Shown: positions 9,280 through 20,127, numbered from the stretch's first letter. The stretch: 64,000 nucleotides of DNA from a virus (IMGVR_UViG_3300043084_000165:1-64000); one strand, 5' to 3'. Numbers and translations are program-made. Notes: generated from the letters alone by a model not told the origin.

Positions 9280-11890
9280 TTATGACAGGTCTCCTACTAT
9301 AGCATATCGGTTCATTGCATTCCAATTCTCGGGCAACTGACTAATAATGCTGAGTTTTGTAATTGGGTCTGTTACATCTCGTACACGAAGCATTGAATAG
9401 CCAAGGAGCTTACCTTCCTCAAGATCTGTTGGCAGGTTTTCAAACATATTCTTAGCCGACTTTAGGCTTGAGAACAGAGAATAGGTGCTTATGCTTCGCA
9501 ACATCACACTATTTGCAAACATATAATCGAAGTTGGTTACAGCGCTCATATCAAATACATCTATGTTCAATGAGGTCATGGTTCTGCAGTCATAGAACAT
9601 ATAAGACATGTCTGTAACTGATGAGGTATCAAATCCGGTGAAGTCTATTTTAGTCAGGTCCATGCATGAATCAAACATATGAGTCATGGTTGTGACATTG
9701 GAAACATCCAGATTGCTCAGGTCAAGATTATCCATCATTCCACAACAACGGAACATATAAGACATGTCACGAAGACTATTGGTACCATAAAGAACTGGTG
9801 GGTTGATCATGAGATAGCACTCATTGAACATATATGATGCATCAACAACCGATGATATATTTTCAATGTTCACATCTGTCAGACACTCACACCCATCAAA
9901 CATATGTGACGTAGTGGTCACGCCGCCGGTATTTATATATCCCACATTGCATGTTTGTAGATTTTTACATCCAGCAAACGCATATGCAGCCTGAGTCAAG
10001 ACATTCGTGCTGTAGGTATCAGCATCACAAATAAATTCGGTCAGCGATGCACAGTCCTTGCACATATTTGTAATAGTTGTCACTGCACGCATATCTATTC
10101 CTGAGAAATCGAGTGTGCTGAGTGATGAGCACCCCTCAAAGAGTCCATTCATACGCATAACCGAATGCAAATCTTGTGGCATGGTTATGTTTTGGAGGCT
10201 CTTGCAGCCATTAAAACATCCTTCAAGAGATGTTGTGCAACCGCTCACGGGGAAGTCCGCAGATACAAGTGATGAACATCCACAGAACAAATGATCCGCA
10301 GTGGTCAGTTCAGAACATTCACAATCAAAGTAGAATGATTCCATAGCCTTGCAACCATTGAACATATATTGAGCATTTATAAGCCCGGTTAGATCGGCAG
10401 CAATTCCCATGTCATCAAATGATTCGCAACCATCAAACATGTGCTGTGCATATTGTATGGTCACACCACTACCAAACTCCACGGTACGCAGCTTCTTGCA
10501 ATTGTAGAACATATAAGACATGTCTGTGATGAGGCTGAGCGACATCTTCTCCAAGTCCAGAGCCTCCAGTGAATTGCATTCGCGGAATAGATGACCAATG
10601 GATTTGAGCTTAGTACTTGTAAGACCATCCACATTCAAAGAAGTAAGTGATGAACATCCCTGGAACGCATCTGTGAGTTTGGTGAGTTTTGTTGCGTTGA
10701 TCTTTGATAAGTCCAAGGTTTTTAAGTTGATACAACTCCAAAACGCATAAGACATATCCGTAACTGATGGGGCCTTAAATCCACTCATATCAAGCGTGGT
10801 CAGCGAGGTACAGTTGTAGAACATATAAGACATGTCTGCCAACTTAGCCGCATTGACGTTCTTGAGGTTGATGTTAGTGATATTGTAGCAATTGCTAAAC
10901 ATGTAATCCGCTTTGGAGACTTTTGCCAGGTTCAGCAAGCGCAAATCCACGGACTCAAACGAAGAACAGTTGCAGAATATGCTGGTCATGTTCGTCACCT
11001 TTACAGTGTTCAACGAAGATAGGTCAAGTGTCTTTAATGAATTGCAGCCGCAGAACATATACGACATATTTGTCACGAGTTCTGTGTTAAAACTTGATAA
11101 GTCAATGGATTCCAATGCAGAGCAATCGTAAAATAGGTACGACATATTTGTCACATTTGATGTATCCCAGTTCGAAGTGTTGATATACGTCAGCGATGCA
11201 CACCCATAGAACAAATTGTTGATTGATGTGGCACAAGATGTGACACTGAAATTAAGCTCTTTCAATGAATAACATCCTGAGAACAAGTCGTTTAGGTTAA
11301 CAGCTTTATCAGTCGACAATCCTGATACAGACAGTAGTCCTGAGCATCCATAAAACATATGATCAAATGTTGTGCAGTTGAGCATGTGAGCATCAACAAA
11401 ATCCACACATTTTAGAGATGAACAGTTATAAAAAGAGTAGGCTGCAGTGGTTACTTTGGGAAGCACTAAGTTGTCTGTGTCACAATCAGTAAGCGCCGAG
11501 CATTTATAAAGCATATAACTAATGTCACTTACGTGACGCATGTTACAGCGGCCAAATCTCAATTTTGAAAGTTTGGTGCAGTTTGCAAATGCATAAGATG
11601 CTGAACTGATATGTGCATAATCCATGCACCCCATGTCACATGAAGTCATTGTAGTGACTCCATTGAATAGGTTATCCAGGGATACATTTTTTTCTGAAAA
11701 CTATCTTCACCTTGTGAGATTTCTTGTCAGAAAACTTATACGTGCTTGCCACTGGTATTTGTACACCGTCAACAGATATGCTGTGTATCTGGGTTGTATC
11801 AAAACCAGACCCCAGTATTTGCATAGCCTTTGATGTAGATGTTGGGGTGACATGTGTTACCACATAGTCCCCACGCAGGCCTCTTCTCAT
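9280..11890 (-). CDS. BspA/DUF285-type leucine-rich-repeat protein, frameshifted at an A7 tract
   Basis: Many xxMxxMFxxCxxLxxLDLSxxxT repeats; the 72-aa ORF (11672-11890) joins the 789-aa ORF if one A is removed at 11687-11693. Confidence 0.8.
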
Positions 11891-12004
11891 AAATCTTGAA
11901 ACTTAATATGAAACTATAATAGGCCCGCGTTAATAATTTATGAAAAAAAAAAAAGAAAATATCTGACAAAAGAAAAGGGGGACCGTTAAGATCCTCCTTT
12001 GGTG

Positions 12005-13807
12005 TTATTCTTCTTCAGAATTTTTCTTTTTCTTTTTCTTTTTGCGAGCAATGTGCGCTTTGATGGCGAGTTTCTCATCTTCTGCAAGATTGGCAATCAT
12101 AGATTCAAGAGACTCATTTGACATATCATACGAATCATCACCACCCGCGAGGTGTAAGTCATCAAGCTCCTCTTGTTTGTATTTTTCATTCAGAGCCAAA
12201 TCCTGTGGCGAAAGTTTCAAGTATTTTTCTACCAGGAACTTAGATGCAAAAAACTTAACATCATTACCCTCAGCATCCATATCAACAAGAGCTTCCTTCA
12301 TCTCTGTAATGTGTTGGACACGTTTAGACATGAGCTCTATGTTCATAAGTTCCTCAAACACATTGTAGGACTTAAACTGTAGCGATACCGATTCAAGAAT
12401 CTCCTTCTGCTCCAGCAGCTCAGGATGCATCACAGCAAGCTGAAGCTGGAGCGGCTTGATCATCACTTGCGCAAAGATGTTTCGCATGCGCGTTACAAAA
12501 CGGGCAAAGTCTATCTCCACACGAGCCACTGATGTAGCATCCGAACCAAACCAGGTCTCACCTGATTCCTGATCAAAGCGTGACAGCGGAATCTTAGAGA
12601 TCTTATAAAGCTGGTTCTTGAAGTACTTGAGCTGATCATTATCTGCCAGGTCAGGACCTTCGCCGCCCAGCGTTTCGATCTGAGGCGATCCCGAATCATT
12701 CTCTGGCAACCAGTACTCTTTGTTGAATGGTAGGTTTGTTTGGCCATTGATAGAAAGCTCACCAGTATCCGCCTGGAACTTAATATCTTCTTTATATTGA
12801 TTCATGGCCATGTTCAGCGTTTGCATACCAGTCGCTCTGTTCATACCTTTCACAGGAATGGTGAAGCGCATTTTATAAGATGCATTGGTGATGGTCCAAA
12901 TCAGCTGGGCTTGCTCAATGATACGATATATATTGAACGGGCGAATCAGACGTTCGAGATATGACTGACGAGTGATGGCATTGGTCTCCTGATATGCTAT
13001 ATATATCACCTGTGAGTCCAGTAGCTTACGCTCTTTGCCCGACATTCCTTTGAACTGCACCCAGTACCATTTGTTATTATCAAACTTTTTGGTAAGTGTG
13101 GCTGCGTCAATGGGCACCAGGCCAATGATGCGCTTAGGTTTCTCCAGTGAGTCCCATACAATCTCCCAAGCTAATTCACCCTCGATCAGCCAACGCTTAT
13201 AATCATCCCAGGCACGGTACTTCCAGTTCAACATCTTATAGAAAGTTCTGAATGATCGCGAAAGGTCGTCCTTGAGCTGTTTGCGAACTTTGGGCTTGAG
13301 GTCCTGCAGCTCTTGAATCTCTATGAATGGCTCACAGAAGTAGGTGTAGTCCTCATCATATACAATAGACTCATTAGTCATAGTATCCAGGATGTCTTCA
13401 AGCTCAGGCTGACAGGCCAGGTTGCGAAGCGCTTCGCGTTTCTGTGGAAATGTCTTGCTGAAAAAGTCCTGGTCCTTGTTAGACTTAACCTTCCAGTTGC
13501 TCGCTGCCATGGTGAACAGATCCTGGTTGGTCAGCTGAAATTCTTTCGGAAGCAAAGACTTATCTGCAGGGATGGCGCGCATATTATCAATTACCTGGTC
13601 CTCATAGCGCATACCAAAGCGAGACATCTCTGAAAAGAACTTTGCAATAGTTCGTTTGGTCTTAGGCTTGCCTGGGGAGTTTGAGTAGTGGGGTCTGAAG
13701 TTGGTAGTCTCTTTCATGCCTGGAATGGCCGAGGGGGACATCTCATCTATACGGCGACCCTGCGCATCATAATCAAAAGTATTTGGTTGGTATGTTTCTG
13801 TTACCAT
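12005..13807 (-). CDS. portal protein (T4 gp20-like)
   Basis: gp20-like segments: PELEDILD.MTNESIV, WLIEGE, SYLERLIRPFN, EYWLP...IETLGG, YF...LYK...IP.SRF, EIDFARFV.RMR. Confidence 0.88.
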   Translation of the reverse strand: MVTETYQPNTFDYDAQGRRIDEMSPSAIPGMKETTNFRPHYSNSPGKPKTKRTIAKFFSEMSRFGMRYEDQVIDNMRAIPADKSLLPKEFQLTNQDLFTMAASNWKVKSNKDQDFFSKTFPQKREALRNLACQPELEDILDTMTNESIVYDEDYTYFCEPFIEIQELQDLKPKVRKQLKDDLSRSFRTFYKMLNWKYRAWDDYKRWLIEGELAWEIVWDSLEKPKRIIGLVPIDAATLTKKFDNNKWYWVQFKGMSGKERKLLDSQVIYIAYQETNAITRQSYLERLIRPFNIYRIIEQAQLIWTITNASYKMRFTIPVKGMNRATGMQTLNMAMNQYKEDIKFQADTGELSINGQTNLPFNKEYWLPENDSGSPQIETLGGEGPDLADNDQLKYFKNQLYKISKIPLSRFDQESGETWFGSDATSVARVEIDFARFVTRMRNIFAQVMIKPLQLQLAVMHPELLEQKEILESVSLQFKSYNVFEELMNIELMSKRVQHITEMKEALVDMDAEGNDVKFFASKFLVEKYLKLSPQDLALNEKYKQEELDDLHLAGGDDSYDMSNESLESMIANLAEDEKLAIKAHIARKKKKKKKNSEEE

Positions 13808-13904
13808 ATTTCTTCAAGTGCACTTTGTTGTATATATAATATTCTGAGCACCACCACAAGAGGTCACAATGGTGACAAAATGAACAATTTATCTGCGCTA
13901 GTTC

Positions 13905-13990
13905 AATTGCGCTATATGCGCATTAAATAAAAAGGTGAAGACTTATGAAGCCCTCACCCCGATCTTTTGTTAGAGCGCAAATAAATGCGC
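13905..13990. repeat. dispersed palindromic intergenic repeat, copy B
   Basis: TTGCGCTATATGCGC...AAAAAGGTGAAGACTTA...GATCTTTTGTTAGAGCGCAAATAAATGCGC. Confidence 0.85.
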
Positions 13991-14002
13991 TTATTTGCGA
14001 AG

Positions 14003-14992
14003 TTATCGTCCTGTATACGGAGATCTCAACCACTGGCCGACAATTTTATTTACAGCTGGCACCCATTTTGCCTTCTGTGGTGATGACCAAAAAGAGGTTC
14101 CAACAGATTGCATTAGTTTTGAGCTGCTGTACCAACTGTCAAGCAACCCCTCCAACTGCTTCTTGACTTCATCATACCACTCTACTGTGACCTTTTTCGC
14201 ACTAACGAAATCATATACCTTATGTGCAAGAGCCTCTTTAGTTGGAGATCCGGTACGGGTGAATCCAAACCCATCCAGCAGGTAACGCGGGCGCTGCTTG
14301 TTTGGATCGTCCCAAGTCTTAATAGTGAGGTAGAAGAAACGGCGATCATCTACAAGATACTCCAAGTCATATATGTGCTCATCAATCTTGCAGCCTGCAA
14401 CACTTGAATATGTGTTTTTGAATACGCGGTGGAAGACATGATAACCCAAGTCTGAATAAACACCTGAGATAGAGTCGGCATCGGCCCCGATCTTGTACTT
14501 ACCGCCATTGGTAATTATCTTCTCAAAGTCCTTAGTGAATGTATCAAAGTCTACTGGGGTCTCAGTATCACCGTTCAACACACCCTCTGTGATCGGTGTA
14601 AGAGTGTCGCGGAGATGCGCACTGAGACGCAACAGACCACTTTCGGTGAGGTGCTTGAGCTTATATATAGTAGAATCAATTTGTGACAGTACATCATCGC
14701 AGAGTGATTCAAGCTCGGAGGAGCCGAGTAGCTTGCGGCCTTCTTTGGTAATATCTTTTAGTTTTTCAAGATACTCAAGAGCATCCAAACCCTCGTCCAA
14801 GATATTCTTGTAATCTTTAACTATGTCATTATCAGCCTGATAAGCCTCGATGAGCGCATCCACCTTTTCAGGCATTTCTTTATAGAACTCATCCAGAGCC
14901 ATGTGGCCCGAGTACTTATCAGTTTGTAGGTGCTTACGCCATTCTGCAGTAATGGACTCCTGAAGCGTACCAAAAAATTCAGATATTGTCAT
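14003..14992 (-). CDS. ferritin/Dps-like (DUF5856-like) N-terminal domain fused to an unknown domain
   Basis: H.QT..Y..H.ALDEFY......D.LIE.YQ pattern, with the domain ending YKLKHL. Confidence 0.6.
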   Translation of the reverse strand: MTISEFFGTLQESITAEWRKHLQTDKYSGHMALDEFYKEMPEKVDALIEAYQADNDIVKDYKNILDEGLDALEYLEKLKDITKEGRKLLGSSELESLCDDVLSQIDSTIYKLKHLTESGLLRLSAHLRDTLTPITEGVLNGDTETPVDFDTFTKDFEKIITNGGKYKIGADADSISGVYSDLGYHVFHRVFKNTYSSVAGCKIDEHIYDLEYLVDDRRFFYLTIKTWDDPNKQRPRYLLDGFGFTRTGSPTKEALAHKVYDFVSAKKVTVEWYDEVKKQLEGLLDSWYSSSKLMQSVGTSFWSSPQKAKWVPAVNKIVGQWLRSPYTGR

Positions 14993-15071
14993 TTTTCAAA
15001 AATGTATACATTTTCTCTAATAATAAAAAGAGGACCAACCGGGTCCTCACACACAGCGCACACTTGTGCAC

Positions 15072-15431
15072 TTATTTATTTACCAGTGGATACCAGTCGA
15101 ACAACATGCAAAGTGTAAGTTGGGAAGTGCCCTGGATGTCTACAAAGACAATCTCATCACCGGGCTCTGGAGCGTCACCGTTCAATTCTTCCAGGTAATC
15201 CTTGACGCGATTCAGGTCACCGGCCTCAAAAGGGAGTGCTTTGCGACCGTACACAGCCTCAGCGTGCTCTTTAGCACTTTTGAAGCTCAGGTAATTATCC
15301 ACAGTGAACGGATTGCCCACGATAATGCCATAATTACCACGTTCGTCCTGTGCGGGACAGAGATGATTCTTCACAGGCAGCGCACCACCAATTCGACCCT
15401 CATTTGTGATTGATTCTTGCAATGACTTCAT
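15072..15431 (-). CDS. putative internal head protein (capsid-targeting-like N-terminus)
   Basis: Starts MKSLQESITNEG. Confidence 0.6.
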   Translation of the reverse strand: MKSLQESITNEGRIGGALPVKNHLCPAQDERGNYGIIVGNPFTVDNYLSFKSAKEHAEAVYGRKALPFEAGDLNRVKDYLEELNGDAPEPGDEIVFVDIQGTSQLTLCMLFDWYPLVNK

Positions 15432-15432
15432 A

Positions 15433-16260
15433 TCAATTGTAACAAGCTATGATTGAGCGCGCATTTTCAAACCACTCCTGTGGAGTTAGGTCATCAAAAT
15501 TGCGGGCAAATACTTTATTGTTTTTATCGCGGCGCAGCAGTGCCTGCCATTTCTTGTCATCTGAGTCAAGAGAGAAGTAACGAGCAAATTTGCGGAAGTA
15601 CAGATCACCAAGACCCTCACCGTCCAGCAACTTAGCCAGCATATCGTTCTCTATTTTGATACCCTCATCAAACTTTGTCTCTATGATCACAGTAGTACCT
15701 AGCGCAGCGCCTATGATCTTACCCTCAAACACATGCCAGTGCTCACCAACCACTCTACGTGAGCAGTTCATGTTTTTGGCGATCTCTTCAAGTGAGCGAG
15801 CCTCCAGACAGCTCTGCACATCACCCAACTGAGCCACTGGCTGTGGGATTCGAGATTCACTGGTTGTGTAGCAAGCACATGTGCAATCGCAGGCACAACA
15901 CTTCCCGTCATCCGCTATCTGCTCCACGAGCTCAATAGCCATCTGACCATTCACTGTGGTGATGTTGGGGTGAAGGTTATTGGCACTCAAGAACTCGGAG
16001 AGTGAGTAGTAACCGGATCCGCGGAAATTTGCATTGCCGATGCTACTTGCATAGAGCAAATTGTTCCACTTCTTTGCATCCAGGGTACCAGTGATAACAC
16101 GATGTCCCTCGGTAAGAGTCATGTGAGTGTCAGTCAGTGCACCCCAAAAATTGTTATATGTTCTGCAGACTGGGCATGGGATGGTTTGTTCAGATCCCAC
16201 TGGAGTGTGATGAAATGATGCCACACCAGCTGCGACAAGTTCAGAGAATTTGTTATACAT
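15433..16260 (-). CDS. hypothetical protein with a Cys-rich segment
   Basis: 275 aa; contains CPVC and CCACDCTCAC. Confidence 0.7.
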   Translation of the reverse strand: MYNKFSELVAAGVASFHHTPVGSEQTIPCPVCRTYNNFWGALTDTHMTLTEGHRVITGTLDAKKWNNLLYASSIGNANFRGSGYYSLSEFLSANNLHPNITTVNGQMAIELVEQIADDGKCCACDCTCACYTTSESRIPQPVAQLGDVQSCLEARSLEEIAKNMNCSRRVVGEHWHVFEGKIIGAALGTTVIIETKFDEGIKIENDMLAKLLDGEGLGDLYFRKFARYFSLDSDDKKWQALLRRDKNNKVFARNFDDLTPQEWFENARSIIACYN

Positions 16261-16262
16261 AC

Positions 16263-16520
16263 TTATTCTTTATCTTTGTTACCCGGAGCGAATGACTTGT
16301 TGAGCATGCCGATGAGCTCACCCCATTCACCCCTTTCTACCAACTCTTTATTATCGTCCAACAGACCATCAATGGTCTTGTTCATCTTGTCCTCATCGAG
16401 TTCATCACCAAACACCTCTTCAAACTTTGCACGAGCTGCTTCGCGGAAATCCTTCTCAGACTTGATTGTTTCGTTGGCTTCATTGAGTGATTCGTTCAGG
16501 AATTCAGTAAGACTTTTCAT
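16263..16520 (-). CDS. small acidic putative head/prohead-core protein
   Basis: Starts MKSLTEFLNESLNEA; Glu/Asp rich. Confidence 0.65.
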   Translation of the reverse strand: MKSLTEFLNESLNEANETIKSEKDFREAARAKFEEVFGDELDEDKMNKTIDGLLDDNKELVERGEWGELIGMLNKSFAPGNKDKE

Positions 16521-16831
16521 TTTATATTACTGTTATTTTTAATCGTTTGAACCAAGGAGTGATTGGTGCTAACAGCATTGTCCAATGAACTTTGCATGAT
16601 TCCCTTCACCTCTTGCAATGAATTTATTTTGGTATTAAGTATTCTGATAGAATCTTCTGCTGTGCGCAAATCGCTTTGCAGTCCTGAGATCTCGTTGCGA
16701 ACAGAGTCTACATACTCTGTATGGGCAGCCTTCTCAAATTCAAGTTGACGACGACCTGTGCAAGAGCGGCAGGATTGAATGAGCAACAAAAACCCCAGAG
16801 CTGCAATGAGCGGATATTGGTAATTTTTCAT
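16517..16831 (-). CDS. membrane or lipoprotein coiled-coil protein
   Basis: Hydrophobic N-terminus ending IQSC, followed by a heptad repeat. Confidence 0.6.
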   Translation of the reverse strand: MKNYQYPLIAALGFLLLIQSCRSCTGRRQLEFEKAAHTEYVDSVRNEISGLQSDLRTAEDSIRILNTKINSLQEVKGIMQSSLDNAVSTNHSLVQTIKNNSNIK

Positions 16832-16861
16832 ATGTTAAATGCTTTGTATCAATATACTCTC

Positions 16862-18232
16862 TCAGGGTTTGTATTTTAGATAGCAATCGCTCACAGAAAC
16901 TAGGTTTTCAATCAAGTCACCATCAGTCCACGTGCCTGGCGCTGTCGGCACCATGTGGCGCATAAATTTCTTATATATATCAGAATGAGCACGCAGTGAC
17001 GAATCAATAGTGTTAAAACCGCCACTAAGTGCTTGATTTAGAATGCCTTTCTCCTTGTCACTCAACTGCCCAACAGCATATTTGTATGACTTAACAAAAG
17101 CGTCACGTGACGACCACTTAGTGGTGTCTTCAAGCAATATATATACATCGTCACATGCGAACGTCTCAACAATCTGTTCTTTAGTGAGACCATGCATGTT
17201 GCGCATCAGTGACTCAGTATAGATGTTGAGGATATCCAACAGCATGTCGGTGAGCTGTTTGTTGCTCTTGATGAACTTGATGATCTTCTTAATCACCGAG
17301 TTCTGAATGTTACCCTCAGACATGCCATAGGATTTTGCAATGTCCTTAGACTTCTCCTTCGTGCGGCCGTTGATACCGAAGAATCTATAAAAGATATCAG
17401 TATCGCGTTGGGTAAAGGTTTTGTCTAGTACATTATATAGTTTCTTCCACTTAGAGTCATCGTCACGGTCACGATCTTCAGCACCTATATAACTCAGATG
17501 ATCCAGGTCATCCAAGTTGTCCAGTGAAGCTGCATCCAGTGACGGACCTTCTCCATCGCGTGACTTTTTAGTAGCATACCAGTTAGTGCCCGACAAGGTG
17601 TGTGAATACTCATCCATGTCGTTGAGGATCTGCTGACGGATTCTATAACCTGCATAGGTCTTAAATGAAACAACCTTGCCACCGTTCTCATCCGGTTCAC
17701 GCTTCCAATCGTTCATAGCATTAGCCAACCCCAACATTCCCGCAGAAATGAGTGATGACTTATCCAGTGACGACTTATCCTTAAACTGATTAACAATGTG
17801 CAGCACCAGTGGGGTATAAAGCTTTGATACTGCGTTGCGACCTGTCTGTGACTCCAGGTCAATAGTTGCATCATCCAGCGCCAGCTGCCCCTTCTCAATC
17901 AATTCACGTTCAGAAGCTGAAAGATACTGCGGCATGACCTTGTAGTTCTGCTTGATAGTCTTCATCAAGTTCCACAAGTCCTCCAAGTCACCCTGCGGGA
18001 TGTTATGCTTTCCAGACAGATCTTTAAGCTTTGATTTATTGGCTGTTCTGATCTCATCCAGCACCTCACGCGAAGTGATATCATACTTTGAAGTGATATA
18101 TATAGCTTTCTGCACATCAACCGGAAGGGACTTCTTGAGCTTGTTGACATACTGCGTGATGTCAGTCTGTAATAGATTGACAGCATCTCGATCACCACGG
18201 CCTTCGCTAATTATCTGACTAAATTTCTTCAT
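16862..18232 (-). CDS. sigma-70-family-like factor with N- and C-terminal extensions
   Basis: Region 2 (LISAGMLGLANA...SFKTYAGYRIRQQI) and region 4 HTH (RDTDIFYRFFGI...KDIAKSYGMSEGNI); N-terminus MKKFSQIISEG. Confidence 0.8.
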   Translation of the reverse strand: MKKFSQIISEGRGDRDAVNLLQTDITQYVNKLKKSLPVDVQKAIYITSKYDITSREVLDEIRTANKSKLKDLSGKHNIPQGDLEDLWNLMKTIKQNYKVMPQYLSASERELIEKGQLALDDATIDLESQTGRNAVSKLYTPLVLHIVNQFKDKSSLDKSSLISAGMLGLANAMNDWKREPDENGGKVVSFKTYAGYRIRQQILNDMDEYSHTLSGTNWYATKKSRDGEGPSLDAASLDNLDDLDHLSYIGAEDRDRDDDSKWKKLYNVLDKTFTQRDTDIFYRFFGINGRTKEKSKDIAKSYGMSEGNIQNSVIKKIIKFIKSNKQLTDMLLDILNIYTESLMRNMHGLTKEQIVETFACDDVYILLEDTTKWSSRDAFVKSYKYAVGQLSDKEKGILNQALSGGFNTIDSSLRAHSDIYKKFMRHMVPTAPGTWTDGDLIENLVSVSDCYLKYKP

Positions 18233-18340
18233 CTAATAAAATATATTTGTGCAACTGAAAATTTGCACGTTTACTTAATACTATAATCTCCCAAAACGAA
18301 TATGATATCAATAGAAAAATAAAAACAGAGCACATCAAAA

Positions 18341-18811
18341 ATGTATATCTTCAGATTTATACGCTCATACATAGCCAACAGGTCCTATCAAAAAGCACTG
18401 GATAATGCTTATCAGCAGGATTCTATCATTGCCAAGCTGTCTAATATGTTTGGTGTGCAGTTTCGTCGCGACTGGATTGGGCGCTTATACGCAGTTATCA
18501 ACCCAGCGATCCGTGATGGCAAGTTTGATCGCTCTCAGGCGTTTGAATATGCGGAAGATGGGGTCAACACCACTGAGCATGCCAAGGTGTGGATGATGCA
18601 ACGTCTAACCTTGTTACAAGGATTCATTCAGGCAGAGAACCTGTTTGACCTGCTAACCTATGACATCAAACGCATTGATGATTCAGGAAACTACCTGCTC
18701 ACCATACTCCCCATCACATTACCTGGAGTGTTGAGTGGCGTCAAGAGTGCAGTGATTGAACTACTGATACTCGCAGGGGTAGCCGGCGGAATTTGTTACT
18801 GGTTGCTATAA
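18341..18811 (+). CDS. hypothetical membrane protein
   Basis: 156 aa with a C-terminal TM helix. Confidence 0.7.
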   Translation: MYIFRFIRSYIANRSYQKALDNAYQQDSIIAKLSNMFGVQFRRDWIGRLYAVINPAIRDGKFDRSQAFEYAEDGVNTTEHAKVWMMQRLTLLQGFIQAENLFDLLTYDIKRIDDSGNYLLTILPITLPGVLSGVKSAVIELLILAGVAGGICYWLL

Positions 18812-18867
18812 ACATTCTTTTATTAACATCTATATTGTTATCAAATTTGAAACTCTTATATAAAGTT

Positions 18868-19482
18868 ATGTCAACAGAAAACAAGCTTGTTCGCGAGGAT
18901 GTGCTCGCAAAGGAATCTATTAAAGAGATTAGTGAAATCCTGGAGCTCGATGTAGTAGCATATGCAGAAGCTATTGCAGGTGAGTCAGTGGAGAAACTCA
19001 AGGCGCGTGAGGCTGAGCTCATGGATGAGTTTAAGGCAAATGATGAAATTTTGGCCAAGGCAGCTTACGAGCTTCCTGACAGCATTGATTATGATGGTGT
19101 TAAGCTCACTCGTTCAGAGCTTGTCAACAAGATCATCGGTTTCTTGAACCGCATTGAGGTTGAGTTCCGTGCAACACTGGGTATTTATCAGGGTATCCGT
19201 TTTTGGAAGACTGCAGAGAAGAAACCTATTCCTTATGGCACATTCGACAGCACACTCCGATTGCTGGGTGGCCTGAAGTTCAAGGGTGAGAAGGATTGTT
19301 ACGACATCCTGGTGATCAACAACTGGTTTACCTCTGCTCATGAGGGTTACTCACGTGACAACATTTGGACGCAGTACTTGCATGCATTACATCAGACGAT
19401 TTTGAAGGAGCTGGATGTTGCTGCAAAGCGCGAAAATGCTGAAGAGACTGCATCTGAAGCAACTCCGGACACTGAAGCCTAA
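18868..19482 (+). CDS. hypothetical protein
   Basis: Likely ATG at 18868 (MSTENK); followed by a strong terminator. Confidence 0.75.
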   Translation: MSTENKLVREDVLAKESIKEISEILELDVVAYAEAIAGESVEKLKAREAELMDEFKANDEILAKAAYELPDSIDYDGVKLTRSELVNKIIGFLNRIEVEFRATLGIYQGIRFWKTAEKKPIPYGTFDSTLRLLGGLKFKGEKDCYDILVINNWFTSAHEGYSRDNIWTQYLHALHQTILKELDVAAKRENAEETASEATPDTEA

Positions 19483-19505
19483 TTGCTAAAGTGTGCATAG
19501 AAAAC

Positions 19506-19536
19506 AAAAGCTCAGCGCAAGCTGAGCTTTTTTTTT
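19506..19536. terminator. bidirectional intrinsic terminator
   Basis: AAAAGCTCAGC-GCAA-GCTGAGCTTTTTTTTT between convergent genes. Confidence 0.9.
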
Positions 19537-19551
19537 GTGTACAAACGTGCA

Positions 19552-20127
19552 TTAAATCATATTCTCATCCCACCAGTCACTTACGAAGTTAACTGTCAAG
19601 GTCTGAGCCTCGCCTGAATCATAATCGAAGTCGCCATATCCAGACATATCGCCATTGATCATTGCGTCCTTGAAAAGAATTTCATGGAAGATATCACCAG
19701 CGCGGTTAGCTACAGCGATGTTCAACCAGTCAGCGCAGTACTCGCGCTTAAGTGAACGAGAGCCGGTGTTGACATCATAGCCAAGTGCGGCCCATGCACG
19801 GAAGAGTTTATAAATGTAGTTGTCTGTGTCATCACGAAGGTTGAGGGAGAAGTCTACTGACAGCTCGGCGCGAGTGTTATCCAGCTTTGGAAGGATGTAA
19901 GAACGGTCAGTTCCCATGAACTTCTGAGTACCAGTCTGTGGGGCTCTGTTGAGTGCACCACCAACACCCGAAATCTTCTGAACATGTTCAGTCAGCAACA
20001 GCTCGTCCTTGCCAAAAGTCTCGCGGATTGCCTCTGGGACTGTGAATCTTAACTCAAAGATACAACCATGCACAGGATCCCACTTATTACGACCAGCTTG
20101 CGAATTTTTCAAATGAGGTAAAGCCAT
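19552..20127 (-). CDS. tail tube protein (T4 gp19-like)
   Basis: 191 aa; LFRAW, G.FDY.S.E...LTV.F..DWW pattern typical of myophage tubes. Confidence 0.75.
   Translation of the reverse strand: MALPHLKNSQAGRNKWDPVHGCIFELRFTVPEAIRETFGKDELLLTEHVQKISGVGGALNRAPQTGTQKFMGTDRSYILPKLDNTRAELSVDFSLNLRDDTDNYIYKLFRAWAALGYDVNTGSRSLKREYCADWLNIAVANRAGDIFHEILFKDAMINGDMSGYGDFDYDSGEAQTLTVNFVSDWWDENMI

Noticed and set aside
9280-11649. DGR template/variable repeats among recurring GAACATATAAGACATGTC segments
   Set aside because: These encode the LRR consensus DMSYMF; there is no reverse transcriptase or adenine-specific mismatch pair in the window
17098-17111. 14-bp match AAGCGTCACGTGAC to 29428-29441
   Set aside because: A single match inside coding sequence, plausibly chance
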